A DNA stretch of 33,614 nt from Nitrospinota bacterium (GTDB lineage: Bacteria; Nitrospinota; Nitrospinia; Nitrospinales; VA-1), in contig JAYNIA010000008.1 in the NCBI GenBank assembly GCA_038108555.1, forward strand, positions 1 through 33,614. The letters are read 5' to 3'. The translations under genes and the position numbers were made by a program. Below are positions 27,941 to 33,614 of this stretch, piece by piece; position 1 is the stretch's first letter; each line of letters opens with the position of its first letter. The notes beneath the pieces are model-generated. The model was not told where the DNA came from. It made no database searches and saw only the letters and a program-made list of their open reading frames with translations.

Positions 27941-29896
27941 GTGACCAAAGTTCAAAAAATTATAGATGCACTGACCCGGGAAGGGTCCCTGATATTCGCA
28001 GACAACCTGTCCTACGCAGAGGAGCTTGAAAAGAAAATTCCCAACCTGAAAACGGAAGAAAGGGACGATTGCGAATACTGGTACGAAAACGATGCCCCCA
28101 CAGTGGCCAACACCCGCGTTAAGGTTTTCCCAACCCGGCATATTGTCTTTTATAACCAAGAAGGTCGACGCTTCCTCTGCACCGATCCCGATGGCACTCC
28201 GCTTCACGAAGCTTTGTGGAACCAGAACGATGCCGGTGAAACTCAACTGGCTCTTGCAAGAATGCAGTTGGACTGCAAACAATGGGTCGGCATTAAACCT
28301 CGGGCAAAAACGTTCTCAACTCAAATAGATATCAGTCCTCACGAAGGCTGGCAGGACATGACTCTCGACGACCTGCGCGAAAAAGCTGCAGAAGCGTGGC
28401 GGGTACCAGCCTCCGAAGTAAAATATTTTTATGACGACAACCATATGGTGCATCAGGGTGATGGAAAATACGATATCCGCCTCACCAAAGATGGACTCTA
28501 CGCCCTGCACGAAGGAAACTTCGATAAATCCATCTTCATCAGTTTCATGTTCCAGGTCAACTGGGCCAAACTCGACCTGATACCCGTAGTGGAACTATTT
28601 CAATCCACCTTACCGGGAACGGGCGGTGCGGTGTTTGAATTCATATGGGGTATTTATAACGACCAGACACGGGAAGAAGATTTAGAGCCCCTTAGGTATC
28701 GCGGTTTGCCGACCTACCCTTCCAAGGAAGCGTTCAATATTTTTTCAGCGTTCTTCGAGCCGAAAGGACCGGAAGGGAAAAACATCAAAACGGTTTTCAT
28801 GGATCCTCAAACCTCGCACGAAATCACATGGACACCGCAAAAGCATCCCCCGGTAAGATATTTCAGTGACTCGCAAAAAATTGCTCTCACTTCTCAAGAT
28901 GGTTATCTGTATAAAGTCACGGTGTTCGATGACCCAATTACCTTTCCGTTCACCAACTGTGGTGGTGTGAAAAAACCTCCCATTCAAAGAGAGGTACGCG
29001 TCGGAACACAAACGTTCACGCTTCTTGAAGGAGAACAGGGAAGGGAAATCCATTTTGAAAACAGCTGGGGATTGAGGCCACAAACCTATTCCACAAAGTT
29101 ACAGGACAAACATCCGTTCACCTGGAAATGGTTTTTTAACGGCGAGCCGCCGCACATCGATCCAGTCAAATCCATTTACACCGTCCCGTTTTATCCTGAA
29201 GGACAGGCAGACATTGACGAGTCTTCATTGCAACCAATGGTATTGGACCAGATCTTTCACTATATGGAAATGGCTCCGGGCATGCCGGCGAAACTGGAGA
29301 AAATGGAGTCGGTGCTCATCCATACTTTCGACACCGTGCTTGCAGGTTGTATCGACAGTTCGAAGGACCGCATCTACACCGTACTGTTCAGTGATCCGGA
29401 ATTCGCGCAGAAGAATGCGCAACTTTTATGGAATTACGCCGCATCGCGCGACCAGTTGAGCAATTTGGAAAGGGTTTCGTTCCTGGAAGAGAAGGAACAT
29501 ATTCAGGATGCGTACAGCCAGAAATACGACCTGATATTTAAATGGATTCCATTCATGTACCATCAGGACAGGGAAGCCTGTGAAAGCATGCTGATGGCAT
29601 TGACGGAGGCTTTACAGCCGGGAGGATTCATGTTCCTGGTAGCACCTAGACAATTACAGGGACTGTTCGACCATTACAAACTCGACGCCTTGTATAACGA
29701 CCCGGTTTACAACATGCCGTTCTTCAGACAGCATCTAAAGATGTGTCCAGAGAATCAGGTCAATCCTGATCTGGTCGTATACCTCGCACAGAAACGCGGC
29801 GAAGAAGAGAAACCCACTAGCGTGGGAAGCAAAACAACCGAAGACACGTTTGATGGTACTATTCCTGAAATGCGCGGCTTTAGAAGGCCGAATTAA
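27941..29896 (+). CDS. Hypothetical protein (~651 aa) with a possible degenerate class I methyltransferase-like C-terminal fold
   Basis: The ORF-track start (TTG 27875) is the -35 box, so GTG 27941 after GAGG is more likely. The C-terminus has YDLIF...ALTEALQPGGFMFLV. Confidence 0.75.
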   Translation: MTKVQKIIDALTREGSLIFADNLSYAEELEKKIPNLKTEERDDCEYWYENDAPTVANTRVKVFPTRHIVFYNQEGRRFLCTDPDGTPLHEALWNQNDAGETQLALARMQLDCKQWVGIKPRAKTFSTQIDISPHEGWQDMTLDDLREKAAEAWRVPASEVKYFYDDNHMVHQGDGKYDIRLTKDGLYALHEGNFDKSIFISFMFQVNWAKLDLIPVVELFQSTLPGTGGAVFEFIWGIYNDQTREEDLEPLRYRGLPTYPSKEAFNIFSAFFEPKGPEGKNIKTVFMDPQTSHEITWTPQKHPPVRYFSDSQKIALTSQDGYLYKVTVFDDPITFPFTNCGGVKKPPIQREVRVGTQTFTLLEGEQGREIHFENSWGLRPQTYSTKLQDKHPFTWKWFFNGEPPHIDPVKSIYTVPFYPEGQADIDESSLQPMVLDQIFHYMEMAPGMPAKLEKMESVLIHTFDTVLAGCIDSSKDRIYTVLFSDPEFAQKNAQLLWNYAASRDQLSNLERVSFLEEKEHIQDAYSQKYDLIFKWIPFMYHQDREACESMLMALTEALQPGGFMFLVAPRQLQGLFDHYKLDALYNDPVYNMPFFRQHLKMCPENQVNPDLVVYLAQKRGEEEKPTSVGSKTTEDTFDGTIPEMRGFRRPN

Positions 29897-30115
29897 GCAA
29901 ATCTTTATCACCACAGATAAACACAGATAAACAGATATGAGAACCTCCCCCTGACAAGGGGGATCAAGGGGGTTTATTTAATTCCCTCTCCCCCGGTGGG
30001 AGAGGCTAGGTGAGGGGGAGTTAAATTATACCATCAAGTCTGGATCTACCCCTTCGGGGCACGAATTCTGAGGAGCAATATCACGGCCACGCCGCTTAGG
30101 CGGCTGGCGATGACG
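29897..30115. repeat. Composite cluster of short tandem and palindromic REP-like repeats
   Basis: CACAGATAAA tandem units at 29912-29937; hairpins CCCCCT-GACA-AGGGGG, CCTCTCCC-CCGGT-GGGAGAGG, CCCC-TTC-GGGG and GCCGC-TTAG-GCGGC. Confidence 0.7.
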
Positions 30116-30148
30116 GCAAAAGATAAGGTGCCGCAAAAAAATAGAAAA

Positions 30149-31557
30149 TCACCCCAATGAGGCACCAGTAAGTCGTTTAAAAACTTTAACTGCATATGTA
30201 TCTGTCATTCCTGAAATATAATCTGTTATAGAAAGCAGTTTTTCATAATCATCCTCGGAGTTTAAAATTTCACTTTGCATCCCTAAGTGGCCGCTCATAA
30301 AATTTCTCATCATTATACTTTTTTCTTGTTTACGAGAACCATCTACATCTATTAGAGATGGAACGAAAGAATCCAATAAACCGCTAATCACATTAAATGC
30401 CGGAGCTTCAACTTCTAAAACTTGTTTTGATTTATAAATATATTTTTTTGAAAATTCCTCAATTTTCTGTATTTCTTCATTAAGATCAATTTGGCTTAAT
30501 AAATCCAAATCAAACTCTCCATTCAAAATTTCCTTTTCTTTATCACAAAAAATCTTTGAAGCTTTTTCAATAAGGATTCCAATAGATTTTGCACGCAAAA
30601 ACTCAATTAACTCCTGCCCAACATCTTTCTTTTTTTGAAGATCACCTTTCGAATTCTTCCACATTTCTTTTAAATTTTTATAAGTGGGGTTACTATCCAT
30701 AGGACCTGTTAAGCCAAGCAAAAGTTTTTCTGCAGTTTCAAAATCAATATTATCCAGCAAGAAAGCATCTTCAATGTCGATAATTAAATATGTAATGTCA
30801 TCAGCAGCTTCAACAAGAAATACTAAGGGATGGCGGTAATACCCACCATCGCATTTATCTTTCTCCAAACCCAAATTTTCTGCCACTTTTTCGAAGTTTT
30901 TTTCATCTTGGTTAAAAAACCATGTTTTTTTCTACTTTTTCTATTTGCTTTTTTATTCGCTTTAGACGAATTAATTGGGTATTTGGAAAAAGCCCCCAAG
31001 GTTGCATAAGTCAGTTGCAAGCCTCCTTCTGTATTCGGGAATTGAAGTCTAGTCAACACTCTAAAACCTTGGCCATTTCCTTCAAATTTTAAAAAATCTT
31101 CCCTCTGAACCTCATCTTTGAGCCTAGTAAGTACTTTTTGACCCAAATTTGAATGTAAAAACCATTGGCTAATTGCCGCTTCCCCGGAATGACCAAAGGG
31201 AGGGTTCCCTATATCATGAGCTAAACAGGCCGCAGCCACAATAGCCCCAAAATCTGAAAAGAAAATATCACCTTCTAATTCTAAATTTTTTCCGAGAATA
31301 TTTTTCCCGGCAATAATTCCTAGAGACCTACCAACGGTTGAAACTTCCAAACTATGGGTCATTCTTGTCCTTGGATAATCACTGTCAGAAAGGGGAATTA
31401 CTTGAGCCTTATCTTGTAGTCTCCTAAATGCTGAAGAAAATGCAATTCTGTCAAAATCTCTTTGGAATTCTGACCTTATGGTGGGGCTTGAATCAGCCCC
31501 CATAGCATTACTTTCTTTTCCTAAGCGCGCAGAGTTTAAAAGTTTTTTCCATTCCAT
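30149..31557 (-). pseudogene. dgt: Deoxyguanosinetriphosphate triphosphohydrolase (dGTPase) split by a single frameshift
   Basis: 5' ORF has RDFDRI, FRRLQDK.QV, RTRMTHSLEV, AHDIGNPPFGHSGE, FEGNGQ and KYP. 3' ORF has RHPLVFLVEAADDITY and DYISGMTD. The frames join at a T6 run (30914-30919). Confidence 0.85.
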
Positions 31558-31788
31558 AACTTACCTCTCACCTTTTTTAAAAAAAAATAAGGGAAATTTA
31601 TATCTTCCGTTATTTTTTCAGGCAGTCCAATAGCTTATTGGTTTACCAAATAATAGCAGAAAAATCTAAAACTAGGGGGTATTTATTTTGGAAAGTCGCT
31701 AAGTTCAAATAAAAATTGGTAAGGTCACCATTTAGTCAATCGGTGTCAATCCATGTTTATCTGTGGTAAACAAAGGTTTGCCTGAATA

Positions 31789-31842
31789 TCACAACATCAC
31801 TTCGGGGGCGAGGTTGTGGTCGTGGGCTTCGGGGTTGTTTTT
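31789..31842 (-). repeat. Orphan duplicate of the radical SAM gene 3' end (17 codons plus stop)
   Basis: 48/54 identical to 32643-32696; encodes the same peptide, KNNPEAHDHNLAPEVML*. Confidence 0.92.
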
Positions 31843-31843
31843 T

Positions 31844-32173
31844 TTAAAGCTGTTTTTCCAGAGCTTCAATCACGATCTGGTTCAGGTTGAGGCCTCTTTC
31901 TTTCGCCGCCATAACGGCACGCCGGTGAAGTTCCGGTCCCGTCCGCACATTGAAACTTCCTTTAAATGACTCTTCCGGTTCCTTCCCCTGCTCGTCGCAC
32001 TGCTCAAGATAATCCTCCACTGCATCTTTAAAAGACTTTTGGAGGCTTTTGATACTGTTCCCTTCGTAAGTCACAAGACTTTTGATAAATTCAATTTTTC
32101 CGTAAAAAACAGCGTCTTCATCACTGTAATGCGCCGAGCCCAGATAACCTTTGTATTGCATCATGTCTTTCAT
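31844..32173 (-). CDS. hicB: HicB-family antitoxin
   Basis: MQYKGY.GS..YS.ED.VFYGKI, F..AVEDYL, FKGSFNVR..PELHR.A..A...LN; overlaps the hicA stop (ATGA). Confidence 0.92.
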   Translation of the reverse strand: MKDMMQYKGYLGSAHYSDEDAVFYGKIEFIKSLVTYEGNSIKSLQKSFKDAVEDYLEQCDEQGKEPEESFKGSFNVRTGPELHRRAVMAAKERGLNLNQIVIEALEKQL

Positions 32174-32424
32174 AATAGTTCCTCACGTTCTAAAAACTCA
32201 ATCACCTCTCGAATCACATACATTTTGACGATGTTCTTTGGATGCGGTTTGTGAAGATTAATGGAAGGCTTGCTTTCATGGGTAAACCTTCTTCTTGAAC
32301 CTCCGGTTTTCGCCTTTTTTGATTCACGATAACCCAAACTTTTCAATAGCGCAGTCAACTCTTCCCAGGTTAAATCCTTGGGACGACCCAACAGACGCTT
32401 TATCAATTTCTCTTTGCGGCTCAA
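32170..32424 (-). CDS. hicA: HicA-family toxin
   Basis: PKDLTWEEL..LL..LGY, GGSRRRF, LHKPHP. Start is probably TTG 32424 after GGGAGG. Confidence 0.9.
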   Translation of the reverse strand: MSRKEKLIKRLLGRPKDLTWEELTALLKSLGYRESKKAKTGGSRRRFTHESKPSINLHKPHPKNIVKMYVIREVIEFLEREELL

Positions 32425-32562
32425 CACCCCTCCCATTTGCAACTAAACTTAGTTACATTAAAATAATAATCGAGGATTTACAGAGATTCAATAAAAAAAA
32501 TCACCCCAGCTCCTTGTGATACTTTTAATATCTATTCACAACAATCAATCCCCTAAATCCAC

Positions 32563-32639
32563 ACCCCTCCTAGCCTCCCCTCATGAGATGGGAGGAATTT
32601 TCTATCCTAGTTTAACTGTGGTTAAAAAGGGTTATCTGC
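32563..32639 (-). repeat. ACCACAG.TAAAC motif plus GAGGCTAGG-type hairpin repeat downstream of the radical SAM stop
   Basis: Minus strand ...ACCACAGTTAAAC... then TTCCTCCC-ATCTCATGAG-GGGAGGCTAGGAGGGG, similar to 29897-30018. Confidence 0.6.
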
Positions 32640-32642
32640 TAA

Positions 32643-33614
32643 TCAAAGCATTACTTCGGGGGCGAGGTTGTGGTCGTGGGCTTCAGGATTGTTCTTGACG
32701 TAGAGCTGCGGCAGATCGCTGGTGCCGTATTTGGTGATGTAAAGAAACACATGTTCGCGTGCGTTGATGCGCAACGCCCAGGGACCGAAATCTTCCTGGT
32801 AAAACCGTTCGTAACGCTGCATGGCCTCTTCCGTCGTCTGCCCTGATTCGGGAGTGTAGTAGTAGTCCAACGCGAGATCGTGTTCGGGATTGACCTTCAC
32901 ATCGATCTTGTACTCATCCGCCTGGAACATCACCGGCGCGTTTTTGTAGAGCACAAAGAAATACATTTCAACCGAAGGGATCTGGTGCTGGTTTTCAATG
33001 AGGAACCGGCGTGTGTCTTCCGCTTCCTCTTCCGTTTCTGAAGGGAATCCGTAGAAGCACATGACATGACTCCAGATGCCTACGCGTTTCGCCTGTTCAA
33101 GATTGATCTTTGCCGCTTCAATATCTGTATCTTTTTTCACCAGTTTGATGATGCGCTCGTTTGCCGATTCGAGTCCGTAGTAAAGGGATCGACACCCCGA
33201 CTTGTGGGCCATGTCCCAGATCTCCGGTTCCAGCAATTGCGATTCAAAACGGATCAGTGTGGTCCAATAGATATCCAACTCGCGTTCCACCATCATCGGC
33301 GGCAGTTTGATAAACAGTGCTGGCGGAAACGACTCGTCGGTAAACATGAAATGTTTGGCGTTGAGTTTGTTTTTCAGGTATTCAAGTTCATCCACAATCT
33401 GGTCGGCGTGCTTGGCCCGGAATTGGTCAATGTAGCCGGCACCGTGGTCGCAAAACGTGCACTTGCCCCAGTAACATCCTCGCGTGCCGAGATACGGGAC
33501 AAGTTTTTCCGGTGAAAAATATTTTTCCCAGGGCATACCGTCAAAATCTGGCGGCGGCAGTTTGCTGACATTTTCCTGGAACGTGTCATTGACATGCATC
33601 CGGCCTTCTTCATC
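32643..33614 (-). CDS. Radical SAM protein (B12-binding/class B-like), 5'-truncated by the window edge
   Basis: TRGCYWGKCTFC (CX3CX2C), FTDESF, GLESANERI, YGFPSET; frame open to the window end. Confidence 0.9.
   Translation of the reverse strand, partial: DEEGRMHVNDTFQENVSKLPPPDFDGMPWEKYFSPEKLVPYLGTRGCYWGKCTFCDHGAGYIDQFRAKHADQIVDELEYLKNKLNAKHFMFTDESFPPALFIKLPPMMVERELDIYWTTLIRFESQLLEPEIWDMAHKSGCRSLYYGLESANERIIKLVKKDTDIEAAKINLEQAKRVGIWSHVMCFYGFPSETEEEAEDTRRFLIENQHQIPSVEMYFFVLYKNAPVMFQADEYKIDVKVNPEHDLALDYYYTPESGQTTEEAMQRYERFYQEDFGPWALRINAREHVFLYITKYGTSDLPQLYVKNNPEAHDHNLAPEVML

Noticed and set aside
29897..30115. CRISPR array or IS ends
   Set aside because: No regularly spaced identical repeats with unique spacers, and no cas or transposase gene.
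30149..30886. Independent 245-aa gene
   Set aside because: It is the C-terminal half of the dGTPase and is continuous with the upstream ORF after a one-base correction.
31789..32696. Diversity-generating retroelement TR/VR pair
   Set aside because: The mismatches are not adenine-specific on either strand, all are synonymous, and no reverse transcriptase is present in the window.

Overview
Bacterial chromosomal window of mostly housekeeping and conserved-hypothetical genes. The repertoire is compatible with a Nitrospinota-like or related organism, but that is inference only. Left to right: a partial ferritin/rubrerythrin-like gene; a 1588-aa mosaic secreted protein (Kelch, TolB/PD40 propeller, HYR/Ig repeats); bioD; an OmpR-type two-component system divergent from a delta-9 fatty-acid desaturase; DUF2797 and HDOD genes; a DUF47/PiT phosphate transport pair; an MBL hydrolase; an S1/P1 nuclease; plsC; an Fe-S/redox cluster (BCP-like peroxiredoxin whose catalytic Cys is replaced by Asp, monothiol glutaredoxin, BolA, IscA/ErpA-type carrier, YgfZ-TPR fusion); a TorD/DmsD-type chaperone with an unknown 4-Cys partner; and a TPR gene and an unknown gene driven by back-to-back consensus sigma70 promoters. 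At the right end is an accessory hotspot between two convergent genes. It holds a frameshifted dGTPase gene and a hicAB cassette bounded by a synonymously diverged duplicate of the radical SAM gene's 3' end, all punctuated by short repeats. No tRNA, rRNA, CRISPR array, transposase or integrase was recognised.
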